Shown here in pieces: positions 47,843 to 57,204 of a DNA stretch of 61,701 nt; positions within the stretch are counted from its first letter, which is position 1, and each line of letters opens with the position of its first letter. A program made the position numbers and the translations under genes. The stretch comes from a virus (lineage: Duplodnaviria; Caudoviricetes). The stretch covers positions 1 to 61,701 of IMG/VR virus record IMGVR_UViG_3300008120_000180. One strand, given 5' to 3'. The notes beneath the pieces are model-generated. The model was not told where the DNA came from, searched no databases, and saw only the letters and a program-made list of their open reading frames with translations.

Positions 47843-48509
47843 TCTTATACTCCAGATCAGGAAGGTGCTTTTTAATAATATCGGCTAGAGATTTGTAATG
47901 TTTATTTCTTTTTGTTTTGAATACGATCGGTGTTGAGTCATATACACTCATTATAATTGTTATGTTATTAACTTTTATTCTAGTCATCTCTTCTAACATT
48001 AAAGAGTAAGCTGTTCCTTGTACGAAATAATTTTCGATCCATTCTTCTTTTTTCTCTTTCCGTGATGTTTTAAAGTCTATGATAGACAATTCGCCTTCAT
48101 ACTCAGCTATACAATCGGTTCTTCCGGCTATTCGCAAGACATCTGAGTAAAGAGCACTTTCTTGTACTAATATGTTATCTATATTATCGAGTTTGTCTTG
48201 AACTCCAATGAACATATACTTAGAATGCGGTGTACAGTTATCCAAATAATTTTCTTTATTTTGTAAGTATTTTTCTACATGTTCGTGGAACAAAGTACCA
48301 ACTTCGCAGGCGTAAGAAGAAATTTTATCTGCTTCTTCTTCGCCAATAGAAGCTCTCCAAGAAGCCATACCTTCTTTAGAAGTTTGACCCAAGAGAGTGG
48401 TAATGGATGGCCTGTAATTGCCTTCTGGAGTTATATAATATCTTTTTCCATTTATCTCTTGGGTCTCTAATTCAGGTAATGATAAGTAATTATGTGTAAA
48501 TTTCTTCAT
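47832..48509 (-). CDS. PD-(D/E)XK exonuclease (Cas4/RecB-like)
   Basis: PSITT, GT.FH, IAGRTDCIAEY, IIDFKTS, YFVQ..AY. Confidence 0.88.
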   Translation of the reverse strand: MKKFTHNYLSLPELETQEINGKRYYITPEGNYRPSITTLLGQTSKEGMASWRASIGEEEADKISSYACEVGTLFHEHVEKYLQNKENYLDNCTPHSKYMFIGVQDKLDNIDNILVQESALYSDVLRIAGRTDCIAEYEGELSIIDFKTSRKEKKEEWIENYFVQGTAYSLMLEEMTRIKVNNITIIMSVYDSTPIVFKTKRNKHYKSLADIIKKHLPDLEYKNEI

Positions 48510-48538
48510 ATATTAATTATACTACATTTCTGTTTCTT

Positions 48539-49288
48539 CTACCTCTTCTTTAATCTTCCGTTAGTATAATTTTCTGGAATTTTATCGTCTTTTGAAATTA
48601 ATTGTTCGATAATATTGTTAGTAATCCATTTTCTTTTTGGTCTATTTTTGGCTTTCAAAGAAATTTTTCTCTTACACTCTTCTGTATGAGGAATTCCTTT
48701 ATTCGGTGCCGCTCGACCTTTTTGTCTTTCCGATTGTCTTATAGATTGTTCAACTGTTCTCTTTTTACCTTTATTTTTAAAACTCATTTTTCTTTTCGAT
48801 TCATCGGAATGTTTTCTTCCATAAATGGGTGAGTTACTTCCAAATCTACCACGGTGATATGAATTTTTAGACATTTGAGTTTTCGTTTTTTCAGAATGTT
48901 TTCTACCCAACATACCTTTTCCGTGATTCATAGATATATTCAACCTCATTTGTTCAGTCCTTTTTCTTCCGGTATTATCGCTAAATAATTTACCAGCAAT
49001 ACATAGATTAATATATAACGGATTATTGACAACATTCATTTTTTTCTGAAATGATTCTTCCCGATTTAACGCTTCTTCCCTCGTAGTGTGAGTTGTTAGA
49101 ATTTGCGTCTCGAAAAGATGTGGATTATCTTTTAATTCTAAAAGCCAGATTTGTTTATATTTTTTGCTTTGAACCGATCCACGATATCCTTCGCTTATCT
49201 TAAGCGCAGAAGTTGATCCAATATAAAATGGTGGAAGTTTATTACCTTTGTAGATTGTAAGGTAAGTACAATAAATAACATTAGACAT
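48539..49288 (-). mobile_element. GIY-YIG homing endonuclease HE4 (paralog of HE1/HE2)
   Basis: [21 protein letters not shown]; NUMOD3 repeats GRKHSE. Confidence 0.85.
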
Positions 49289-49929
49289 ATAATTTCGAAC
49301 TCCTTCATTTCAGAAATAATATTAATCATTTCTTCTAAACCACTAACATCATATTTAGATCTGTATAAATCATTTTGTTTTGTGTCACCACACATTATCA
49401 ATTTGGTGTTTTTACCAACTCTTGTTATGACAGTTTTAATTTCTTCGTAATTACAGTTTTGGATTTCGTCTAAAATTATGAACGTATTGTTGATTGTAGT
49501 TCCTCTTAGATAAGAAGTAGAACAGAACTCAACAAATCCTTTACTCTTTAATATCTCAAATGCGTCTCCTCTACCAAATAATTCTGAGAATACTCCTTTA
49601 TATGGATCTTCGTAAACTGACATCTTTTCTTTAAGAGTTCCTGGTAAAAACCCAACATCTCTTGTAGATACAGTAGATCTTATAATCATTATTTTATGAG
49701 GATCATCTAAATCTTTAGATCTTATGATTCTTGATAAAGCTAGATACAGCGAAATATATGTTTTTCCTGTGCCTGCTGATCCGCATAACAATAAATTGTA
49801 ACCCTCTTCAAAAGCATCAAATACATCTTTCTGTGCTTCTGTAAGAGGGGAGATTTTCTTTAAATTAAATGAAGAATCAATAGTTGGAAATTCTAGATTC
49901 TTCTTAGAAGTTCTTGGTTTTCTTGACAT
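49195..49929 (-). CDS. phoH: PhoH-family ATPase, C-terminus displaced by HE4
   Basis: GSAGTGKT, GFLPG...EK, LRGTT, DEIQN, TRVG, GD..Q.DL; lacks the terminal DIVRS motif. Confidence 0.88.
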   Translation of the reverse strand: MSRKPRTSKKNLEFPTIDSSFNLKKISPLTEAQKDVFDAFEEGYNLLLCGSAGTGKTYISLYLALSRIIRSKDLDDPHKIMIIRSTVSTRDVGFLPGTLKEKMSVYEDPYKGVFSELFGRGDAFEILKSKGFVEFCSTSYLRGTTINNTFIILDEIQNCNYEEIKTVITRVGKNTKLIMCGDTKQNDLYRSKYDVSGLEEMINIISEMKEFEIICLMLFIVLTLQSTKVINFHHFILDQLLRLR

Positions 49930-49970
49930 TTGTTAATTCCTTGTGGAACATGACAAATAAAGCGCATCAG

Positions 49971-50246
49971 TTAAAATTCTCTGGCAATCGACCTCGTTCT
50001 TTCAACATTTCCATGAGGGTGTGCTTCTTTAATTCTACCTAAAACATACTTCTGAAAATCAGATGGTGCTCTTGTTACTCCGATTCTTACCGGATCACAA
50101 ATACCAGGGGCAGTAATCGTTTTTGATATAGTTAAAGAATTACAATTTGGACATGGTTCTTTTGTTGGTGAATCAAGATCTGACATGGATACTCTTTTCT
50201 CAAAAGAATATTCGCAAGATGTACAATTATAGTCGTATAGAGGCAT
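49971..50246 (-). CDS. FmdB-family zinc-ribbon protein
   Basis: MPLYDYNCTSC...CPNC; likely start 50246. Confidence 0.85.
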   Translation of the reverse strand: MPLYDYNCTSCEYSFEKRVSMSDLDSPTKEPCPNCNSLTISKTITAPGICDPVRIGVTRAPSDFQKYVLGRIKEAHPHGNVERTRSIAREF

Positions 50247-50287
50247 CTTAATTAACTCCTTCATATTATTACTTATAAAAAAAAAAT

Positions 50288-50308
50288 GGACAGGCTTTTG
50301 GCCTGTCC
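50288..50308 (-). terminator. Rho-independent terminator
   Basis: GGACAGGC/GCCTGTCC stem followed by a long T run on the minus strand. Confidence 0.85.
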
Positions 50309-50333
50309 TTAGTTAGTTTAAGGAGAAATAATT

Positions 50334-51488
50334 TTATTGTTTGTCGTCTTCAGATTCTAAAATTTGACCAGATGAATTAATTTGTACACTGTCATCAACT
50401 TTCTGATATAGCGAATAGAAAGATTTCTTTGTATCTTCATCGAATCGAGAAATACAGTAACGAATTGCCTTAACTCGATCCATACCAGTAATGATCGTAG
50501 TATTCAGAATATGAATAAGGCGACGAGTACTCACAATTTCTTCAACACCACCAACATCGTAAGTCTCACGAATAATTTTCGCCCACTCAACCAAATTCTT
50601 AACGAAGGTCAAATTTTCTTGAGTTTGTGCATTATTAGTCTTTAGAATGGCTTCTAGAATTTGCGTTTCGATTGTAACAGGTGGATATTCGTGTTCAAAC
50701 GTAATAGCAAATCGATCTAGTAGAGCTTCGTTCTGCGTATTCGAACCAATATAACGTCCGTCTTCAGAAGACTTACCTTTCGTGTTTGCCGTGGCGATAA
50801 TATTAAATCCTGGCTGTGGGAAAACGGTAGTATTAGTCTTCTTAATATAGATAGGATTACCTTCGAGGATAGGTTGCAAACACATAATCTTCGGAGATGC
50901 CAAGTTTAACTCATCGAGTAGAAGAACCGCACCTGTCTTCATAGCTGCAACAGCAGGACCATCTTGCCATACGGTTTCCCCATTAACTAGACGAAAACCT
51001 CCGACCAAATCGTCTTCGTCAGTTGTTTCTGTGATATTAGCACGAATAAGTTCACGATGATTTTCTGCGCATGCCTGGTAAACCATCTTCGTCTTACCGT
51101 TGCCAGATTCGCCTGTAATATAAACTGGATGAAAACTATTAGACTTAATAATCTTCTTTAGTAGATTGTAATCGCCGAATTTAATGAAAGATTTATCGAT
51201 TTGTGGAATTAGAGAATTAGAATTTTCTACAGAAGTAGAAATTTTATCTACATTTTTCATTGTAGTTTTCGGTACGGAACTTTCTTGAGTATTATATACG
51301 AAGGCATCACCATCAATAGCACTAACAGAAACTTTGTACAACCCACGCTTAACTTTATTATGCGGATTCGTCATAAAATCAGTAAACTGCTTCTGAAGTG
51401 AATATTTAAGAGCAACGCTCTGAATTTGTGGACGAGTCAAAGTTTCAATTCCAGGATATTCGCCCTTCAGGGCATCGATCAGATTCAT
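50334..51488 (-). CDS. MoxR/CobS-like AAA+ ATPase
   Basis: GESGNGKT Walker A, ETTDEDDLVGG, LLLDE, ATANTKG, NEALLDRF, STRRL. Confidence 0.9.
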   Translation of the reverse strand: MNLIDALKGEYPGIETLTRPQIQSVALKYSLQKQFTDFMTNPHNKVKRGLYKVSVSAIDGDAFVYNTQESSVPKTTMKNVDKISTSVENSNSLIPQIDKSFIKFGDYNLLKKIIKSNSFHPVYITGESGNGKTKMVYQACAENHRELIRANITETTDEDDLVGGFRLVNGETVWQDGPAVAAMKTGAVLLLDELNLASPKIMCLQPILEGNPIYIKKTNTTVFPQPGFNIIATANTKGKSSEDGRYIGSNTQNEALLDRFAITFEHEYPPVTIETQILEAILKTNNAQTQENLTFVKNLVEWAKIIRETYDVGGVEEIVSTRRLIHILNTTIITGMDRVKAIRYCISRFDEDTKKSFYSLYQKVDDSVQINSSGQILESEDDKQ

Positions 51489-51511
51489 TTATTATTTCTC
51501 CTTACACACTC

Positions 51512-51594
51512 AGTATACATCTCTTCGTTGATAAAAGTCAACTGTTTTTTTAAAAAAAAATGCGCTTGACTTTTTTCGCAGAGTATTATATAAT
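51512..51594. promoter_or_regulatory. Back-to-back sigma70 promoters for the AAA+ and vWA genes
   Basis: Minus: TTGACT-N18-TATACT (51512-51541). Plus: TTGACT-N17-TATAAT (51566-51594). T/A tract between them. Confidence 0.75.
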
Positions 51595-51601
51595 GGTGAA
51601 T

Positions 51602-53794
51602 ATGAATACGAACACCGCATACGAAAATCTTGCAAAGTTAATGTCAACCGAGAATATCGGTGTGACGTATGGTAATGTAGAAACTGCTTATTTTAATGTT
51701 GAGACACGAACTCTGATGATCCCGAATTGGGAAGGTCTCTCTGAAATTGAGTCTTCGCTATTGATCGCCCACGAGATCGGTCACGCTCTCTATACTCCTT
51801 CTGATACTTGGAAAAGTGCCATCGATGAAATGGGTCCTAACTTTAAAGGATACCTTAATATTGTTGAGGACGCTAGAATTGAGAAAGCTGTTAAAACTAA
51901 GTTTCCTGGTACAAAGCAGATCTTTTATTTTGGATATCAAAAACTCAGCGAGAGGGCGAATATCTTTCCGAAAGATCTCTCGATCTACACTTTTGTAGAT
52001 ATCATCAATGCTCATTATAAATTAATGGGTCCGATTCTCGGAATTAAGTTAAACGAGGCGCATCGATATTTTATCGATAAGATTGATAATATCGTATCAT
52101 TCGATGATGCTGTGACTGTTGCGAAAGAACTATTTGAATATTCCAAGGGACAGGGTCTTCATGATGAAGAAAATCTAAATAAAGAGACGAGACGTACCAC
52201 TTCTTCCAATACTACTGAAGTAAATACGAATAATACATCTTCTGAGTTAGAAGAACCTTCAGAAAAAGATAATTCAAGAAATGATTCTTTTGATAATGAA
52301 TATGATAATTCTGAAGAGAATAAATCTGAGAAAAATGAGGAAGCACCGGAATCAATTACTGCAGATTCTATTGCCGATTCATTAAGGTCGAATCTTCCTA
52401 AGAATAATATTTTTGTTGCTGATATTCCGGATCCTATTCTAAAGAATATTATTGTTCCTTTTAAAACCATAATCGAGAGTGCTTCTGGAAAAATTCAGAG
52501 ACCGATTGATCTCAAAAATGAAGATGAAGAATTTCTCAGCCCGGAAGAATTAGAAGATCTTATTGAAAAAACAAGTTTAACAACATTCACTAAGAATAAT
52601 GCTTCGAAGATTGCTTATCATAAGCAGTTATTCGAAATGCGTAAGAAAGCCTTAGAACATAAGCGTACTCTTACATTTCGCTCTGGTATATTGAATACGA
52701 ATAAGATTCATGCATATAAGTATGATGATCAAATCTTCAAGACCTTTGAAGTGAAAGAGAGTGGTAAGAAGCATGGTCTTATCTTCTTCTTGGATATGTC
52801 TGGTTCAATGGCTTCGTATATTTCTGGCGCAATCTCTAAATTGTTAGAGATTGTTCTTTTCTGTAAATCTTCAGAAATTCCTTTTCTTGTATATGGTTTT
52901 ACAACTGCATATTCTGAGTTACTTCACCCGCATGGATATAAACAAGAAAATTATAATAAATTCGAGAATTATGGGCAGATGGAATATAGAATGTCATTGA
53001 GTTATGATTTTAATTTGTTAGAATTTCTCAGTAGCGAAATGACAAATGTTGAATTTAAGAAAGGAGTTGATATCTTATTGGATCGTGTCGGTAATCGTAG
53101 AAACCGTTATGGTATGTTTGGATTAGGAGGAACTCCATTAAACGAAACCATCTTATGTCTATCTTCTATTGTTAAGAACTTTAAAAATAATACAAATGCT
53201 AAAATTGTGAATTGTGTATTCTTTACTGACGGCGCAGGACATGAATATAGATTTATTAAAAATGTTAAAAATGATAGCCAGCATATTTATGGGCATGGTA
53301 TTGATTCGTATTCAGAAAATAAATATTTTCTTTACGATTCTAAAAAGAAGAAAAACTATCTTATTAATAAATCTAATGAATTAGATCTTTCTAAGATCTT
53401 ATTAGAAGTAATGAAGAATCGTATTCCTGATACGAATATTGTTAACTTCAATATTGTAACTTCTTTAAGTAATGAAATTACAGATAAGGAAATTAAAGAT
53501 AATTATCCAACCGCCCCAAATAGATTATTAAGTCAATATAATTGGCAAGATCGACAAAATCTAGAAAATATTATTACGAATAATCCGATTATCTTAATTA
53601 GAAATAATAATAGAGGTTTTGATCAAGTATATTATCTTACTTCTGGCTGTTTAGCTAAACCAAATAACAAAAAGAATAAAATCGTATCTTCTAAAGTAGA
53701 TATTACAAATGTTAAGGAAAATTTTATTTCAAGTAGTAAGAATAAGAAAGAGATGAATAAATTAATATCTGCTTTCGTGGATATGATCGTATAA
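51602..53794 (+). CDS. Metallopeptidase-like (HExxH) plus vWA domain protein
   Basis: HEIGHAL.T, NIVEDARIE, acidic linker, LDMSGSM MIDAS, GGTPL, FTDG; likely start 51602. Confidence 0.85.
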   Translation: MNTNTAYENLAKLMSTENIGVTYGNVETAYFNVETRTLMIPNWEGLSEIESSLLIAHEIGHALYTPSDTWKSAIDEMGPNFKGYLNIVEDARIEKAVKTKFPGTKQIFYFGYQKLSERANIFPKDLSIYTFVDIINAHYKLMGPILGIKLNEAHRYFIDKIDNIVSFDDAVTVAKELFEYSKGQGLHDEENLNKETRRTTSSNTTEVNTNNTSSELEEPSEKDNSRNDSFDNEYDNSEENKSEKNEEAPESITADSIADSLRSNLPKNNIFVADIPDPILKNIIVPFKTIIESASGKIQRPIDLKNEDEEFLSPEELEDLIEKTSLTTFTKNNASKIAYHKQLFEMRKKALEHKRTLTFRSGILNTNKIHAYKYDDQIFKTFEVKESGKKHGLIFFLDMSGSMASYISGAISKLLEIVLFCKSSEIPFLVYGFTTAYSELLHPHGYKQENYNKFENYGQMEYRMSLSYDFNLLEFLSSEMTNVEFKKGVDILLDRVGNRRNRYGMFGLGGTPLNETILCLSSIVKNFKNNTNAKIVNCVFFTDGAGHEYRFIKNVKNDSQHIYGHGIDSYSENKYFLYDSKKKKNYLINKSNELDLSKILLEVMKNRIPDTNIVNFNIVTSLSNEITDKEIKDNYPTAPNRLLSQYNWQDRQNLENIITNNPIILIRNNNRGFDQVYYLTSGCLAKPNNKKNKIVSSKVDITNVKENFISSSKNKKEMNKLISAFVDMIV

Positions 53795-53802
53795 GTAAAG
53801 GT

Positions 53803-53985
53803 ATGGATATTATATTTAAAATAACTATTTTATTCTGTTCGATTGTGGTATTCATTGCTTTTTCAAAAATTGGTGCTACAATCGAACGTATGAAGTGGAT
53901 ATACGGAGAACATTTTATAAATGAGAAAGGTTTTCCGATGACAGTAGATAAGAAAAGCGGAAAAACTAAAATGTTGATTTTCTGA
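53803..53985 (+). CDS. Small membrane protein
   Basis: N-terminal hydrophobic helix, operonic. Confidence 0.55.
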   Translation: MDIIFKITILFCSIVVFIAFSKIGATIERMKWIYGEHFINEKGFPMTVDKKSGKTKMLIF

Positions 53986-54012
53986 GTAATAGAGTGTAGA
54001 AGGAAACAATAT

Positions 54013-54198
54013 ATGACAAATTTTAACTTTTTAATCGGGAAACCATTAGCAGAAGCGAAGGATTATGCGAATTCTTCTGGATTTAGTGTTAGAGTGATCG
54101 ATATGGGATTTCCTGCGGTCTTGACATGCGATTATAGTGCGAATCGTTTGAATTTTAAAGTGAAGGAAGGAAGAGTCGTTGATATCGAATTGGGGTAG
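54013..54198 (+). CDS. Peptidase inhibitor I78/potato-I-like small protein
   Basis: LIGK...A, VRVI, T.DY..NRLN.....G.V.....G pattern. Confidence 0.65.
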   Translation: MTNFNFLIGKPLAEAKDYANSSGFSVRVIDMGFPAVLTCDYSANRLNFKVKEGRVVDIELG

Positions 54199-54209
54199 AT
54201 TTTTTGGCT

Positions 54210-54238
54210 TTGACTTCTTCAATAATTTATAGTATAAT
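54210..54238 (+). promoter_or_regulatory. Sigma70-type promoter
   Basis: TTGACT-N17-TATAAT. Confidence 0.75.
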
Positions 54239-54255
54239 GGTATAGTGAGGTTTGC

Positions 54256-54384
54256 GTGGAAAATATAATTATCGGATTTATATTTGGACTTTTAATGATC
54301 TGGATTTGTGGCGATGCGATCGCTATAATCATTAGCGAAATTAAGGATTCTTGTAAGAAAATTATTTCTGCTATTATGAAATAG
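54256..54384 (+). CDS. 42-aa membrane peptide
   Basis: GAGG RBS, GTG start, (M)ENIIIGFIFGLLMIWICGDAIA... Confidence 0.45.
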   Translation: MENIIIGFIFGLLMIWICGDAIAIIISEIKDSCKKIISAIMK

Positions 54385-54404
54385 CATTATGAGGAATTAT
54401 TGAG

Positions 54405-55337
54405 ATGCGTGCGTATATTACAATCGGATTGCCTGGATCCGGAAAGAGTACCTGGGCAAAGAGTATTGACGCAGATCGTATAAATAACGACGAGATTCGT
54501 GCTGAGATTTACGAAGAAATCGGAAATAATACTTGGTCACCGAAAGTTGAAGAACGTGTTAAGTTTGAACGTGGGGTCCATATCAGTACTTGTGCTGCTT
54601 TTGGTTTAGATATTGTTGTAGACAATACTCATCTAAATCCAAAGACACTAAATCAGATTGTATCCTTTTGCGAATCGAGAGGTTATGAAGTTGAGATTGT
54701 AGATTTCCGTCACGTTCCAATCGAAACTTGTATCCAACGTGACTTGACTAGAAAGGGAACTTCTGGTTATGTTGGTGAAAAGGTTATTCGTGATATGTTT
54801 AATAAATTTATGAAAGAACCAATTGATCGTAATCTTCCTTCTTGGGTTCCTAATCATCTCCCAGATTGTATTATTGTTGATATCGACGGAACTCTTGCTC
54901 AAATAAAGGATCGTGGCCCTTACGACGAACATAAAGTATATAATGATGATGTTCGTCGTCACGTTCTTTTCACAATCACTTCACTGATGAACGCAAATCC
55001 AGAATTGAAGGTGTTTATTTTCTCTGGTCGTTCTGATTCCTGTATGGCAGAAACGGTTCGTTGGCTTGAAGATAAATGTAATTATTATGTAATTAATTAT
55101 AGTAACATTCTTCGATATAATAATTGTATCGGAGGTTATGATGTCGAACTTCATATGCGTAAGACTGGCGATAAGCGTCGAGATTCGCTAGTCAAGACTG
55201 ATATGTACAACGAATTTGTAAAAGATAAGTATAATGTAATTGCAGTTTTCGATGATCGTCCACAAGTGATTCGTGAATGTTGGAAAGTTCTAAATCTTCC
55301 GGTATTCAATTGTGGTTTGATTGATGTAGAGTTTTAA
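54405..55337 (+). CDS. pseT: Polynucleotide 5'-kinase/3'-phosphatase
   Basis: GLPGSGKST, DNTHL, DIDGTLA HAD motif, SGR, FDDRPQV. Confidence 0.92.
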   Translation: MRAYITIGLPGSGKSTWAKSIDADRINNDEIRAEIYEEIGNNTWSPKVEERVKFERGVHISTCAAFGLDIVVDNTHLNPKTLNQIVSFCESRGYEVEIVDFRHVPIETCIQRDLTRKGTSGYVGEKVIRDMFNKFMKEPIDRNLPSWVPNHLPDCIIVDIDGTLAQIKDRGPYDEHKVYNDDVRRHVLFTITSLMNANPELKVFIFSGRSDSCMAETVRWLEDKCNYYVINYSNILRYNNCIGGYDVELHMRKTGDKRRDSLVKTDMYNEFVKDKYNVIAVFDDRPQVIRECWKVLNLPVFNCGLIDVEF

Positions 55338-55388
55338 TGATTTATAATATACAATGCATAAAAATAGAAGAATTGAACATCTTTAAAC

Positions 55389-55417
55389 TTGACTTTATGT
55401 TTTAAATGTGAGATAAT
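55389..55417 (+). promoter_or_regulatory. Sigma70-type promoter, leaderless
   Basis: TTGACT-N17-GATAAT; ATG 6 nt downstream. Confidence 0.65.
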
Positions 55418-55423
55418 AATATT

Positions 55424-56128
55424 ATGGCTGATAGATACACACTTCTTAAAGGTTTAGTTGGTTCGCATGTTTACGGATATGCGACTGAATCATCAGACAA
55501 AGATTACATGAGTGTTTATCTATCTCCATTAGATCATTATTTTGGATTGAGAAGTTCGTCAACTTCTATGACTGTAACGGATAGTGAAGATAACTGTGAA
55601 TACGAATTTCTTAAATTTATGAAATTGTGTTCTTCTTTTAATCCAAACGTAATCCCGCTTCTTTGGACAAACAAAGAAACCCAATCTGATAATTGGGATC
55701 TTGCTCTTGAACTTATAAATAACAGACATTTATTTGTTACAAAACTTGCTTACAATACTCTTGTCGGATACTCAGTCTCCCAGAGAGAAAAGGCAAGAAA
55801 ACAATTAACAGGTAAGTTAGGTGAAAAACGAAAAGATTTAATAGAGAAATATGGTTTTGATGTTAAAGCAGCAGCACACACAGTTCGGCTGCTGAAAACA
55901 GCAGAACATTTATTTAAATATAATGAAGTAGAATTAGATGTTGCTGCTGAAGAATGTGCAGAGTATCGCTCAGGTAAATATTCTTGGGAAGATTTTGAAG
56001 ATAGATTTGAAGTCTTGAAAAAGAGAGTAGATCTATCGTTTCAAGAATCTACTCTACCCGAAAAACCAGATATGGATAAAGTGAATAACTTGTGTGTAAA
56101 TGTTCTTAAATCTTTTCATTTTAAGTAA
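55424..56128 (+). CDS. Pol-beta-superfamily nucleotidyltransferase (YcgL/NrdC.11-like)
   Basis: VGSHVYG.A...SDKD, NPN, G.D.K.A.H.VRL, S.LP.KPD. Confidence 0.85.
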   Translation: MADRYTLLKGLVGSHVYGYATESSDKDYMSVYLSPLDHYFGLRSSSTSMTVTDSEDNCEYEFLKFMKLCSSFNPNVIPLLWTNKETQSDNWDLALELINNRHLFVTKLAYNTLVGYSVSQREKARKQLTGKLGEKRKDLIEKYGFDVKAAAHTVRLLKTAEHLFKYNEVELDVAAEECAEYRSGKYSWEDFEDRFEVLKKRVDLSFQESTLPEKPDMDKVNNLCVNVLKSFHFK

Positions 56129-56162
56129 AACTAATGTGATGGAAAGATAGAAAAAACAATTG

Positions 56163-56236
56163 GCGAGCGTGGTATAGAGGTCGTGCCCTGGTCTTCCAAA
56201 CCAGAGACGTGGGATCGTATCCCGCCGCTCGCTCCA
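56163..56236 (+). tRNA. tRNA-Gly(TCC) with atypical T-loop
   Basis: GCGAGCG/CGCTCGC acceptor, CTGGT-CTTCCAA-ACCAG, T-loop ATCGTAT, CCA. Confidence 0.85.
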
Positions 56237-56308
56237 AAAATTATGGCTAATATAAATAAAGATGTTAGGAAAACTGACAAATACACACAAACACACAGGA
56301 GGCTCAAC

Positions 56309-56530
56309 ATGAGCAAGACACCTTACGAAGTAAGATTAGAATTGCTGAAGCTATCACAAGGATTACTTTTTGATCCAGTATACTCTAAGAGAGATACATT
56401 GATCAATGAGTGGGAACATCAAAAGGAATTAGATAAAGCTACTCCTTATCCAACTCTTCCAAGTTTTCCAACAACAGAGGATGTTATCGAAGAAGCTGAG
56501 AAGCTAAATAGATTCATAAGCAACGGATAA
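56309..56530 (+). CDS. Conserved T4-like hypothetical protein
   Basis: AGGAGG RBS; MSKTPYEVRLELLK...FPTTEDVIEEA..L..FIS; TATAAATA upstream. Confidence 0.75.
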   Translation: MSKTPYEVRLELLKLSQGLLFDPVYSKRDTLINEWEHQKELDKATPYPTLPSFPTTEDVIEEAEKLNRFISNG

Positions 56531-56535
56531 AAAAT

Positions 56536-56558
56536 ATGGGGACCAAATTGGTCCCCAT
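56536..56558 (+). terminator. Hairpin terminator
   Basis: ATGGGGACC-AAATT-GGTCCCCAT, same stem as at 43398. Confidence 0.6.
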
Positions 56559-56568
56559 TAGAGTTTTT

Positions 56569-56772
56569 ATGGAATTAAAAGAATTAAAAGAAATCAATAA
56601 ACAAATAGCCGACGAAGTATATGGTTCTGCTTTTTATTATGGAAATCTATCAGAAGAAGAATGGATAACTATTTTAACTAAATTACTCAATCAAGCAACA
56701 GAAAGAGGTTGGGTTGCCGCTGGAGGAAAAATAGAAACTGAAAAAATCAGCTATTTCTTAGATAATATTTAA
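56569..56772 (+). CDS. Hypothetical protein
   Basis: Likely start MELKEL, downstream of the hairpin. Confidence 0.55.
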   Translation: MELKELKEINKQIADEVYGSAFYYGNLSEEEWITILTKLLNQATERGWVAAGGKIETEKISYFLDNI

Positions 56773-56777
56773 TATAC

Positions 56778-56927
56778 TTATCTTAATTTCCCCTGACCAC
56801 GATATTTTTTGAAGGTTCTTTTCTTAGACTTATTCATTGAAGACCGCTTTGGATTGCGAATATCCTGAGCGGTCTTCTTCCATTTTGCACGAGAAATAAA
56901 TGTTAAACCTTCGATAAACTTAGCCAT
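56778..56927 (-). CDS. 49-aa basic protein ending KKYRGQG
   Basis: Manual translation MAKFIEG...SSMNKSKKRTFKKYRGQGKLR; AAGGA RBS; motif seen in small T4-like phage proteins. Confidence 0.7.
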   Translation of the reverse strand: MAKFIEGLTFISRAKWKKTAQDIRNPKRSSMNKSKKRTFKKYRGQGKLR

Positions 56928-56961
56928 AATTTTCCTTTTTTTGATTTATAATTATATTTAT

Positions 56962-57192
56962 ATGACTAAACAAAACATTATCGAAAAATTAAAATCTAAT
57001 TCATTAAGAATTCATTTCACATATGCGAATGGTAAGAAGACATCTGTTTTCTGTACATTAGATATGTCTAAAATACCTGTTAATAAACAAGATAGTATTG
57101 GGCCATCTATTGAAGAAATAATTGTAGCCTGGGATCTTGAGAAACTAAAATGGATTGCCTTTAAATCGGAGAAAATCACTTCTATAGATTAA
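56962..57192 (+). CDS. WYL_2/SH3-like small protein, second copy
   Basis: FT..NG......CTL...IP, WDLEK..W..F. Confidence 0.65.
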   Translation: MTKQNIIEKLKSNSLRIHFTYANGKKTSVFCTLDMSKIPVNKQDSIGPSIEEIIVAWDLEKLKWIAFKSEKITSID

Positions 57193-57204
57193 TAAATAAG
57201 ATAT

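Noticed and set aside
47832-48509. Cas4-like nuclease as a CRISPR component
   Set aside because: It is the standard T4-like exonuclease beside uvsY; no array is present.
48539-49300. Group I intron in phoH carrying HE4
   Set aside because: No intron core sequence flanks the ORF and no downstream phoH exon exists.
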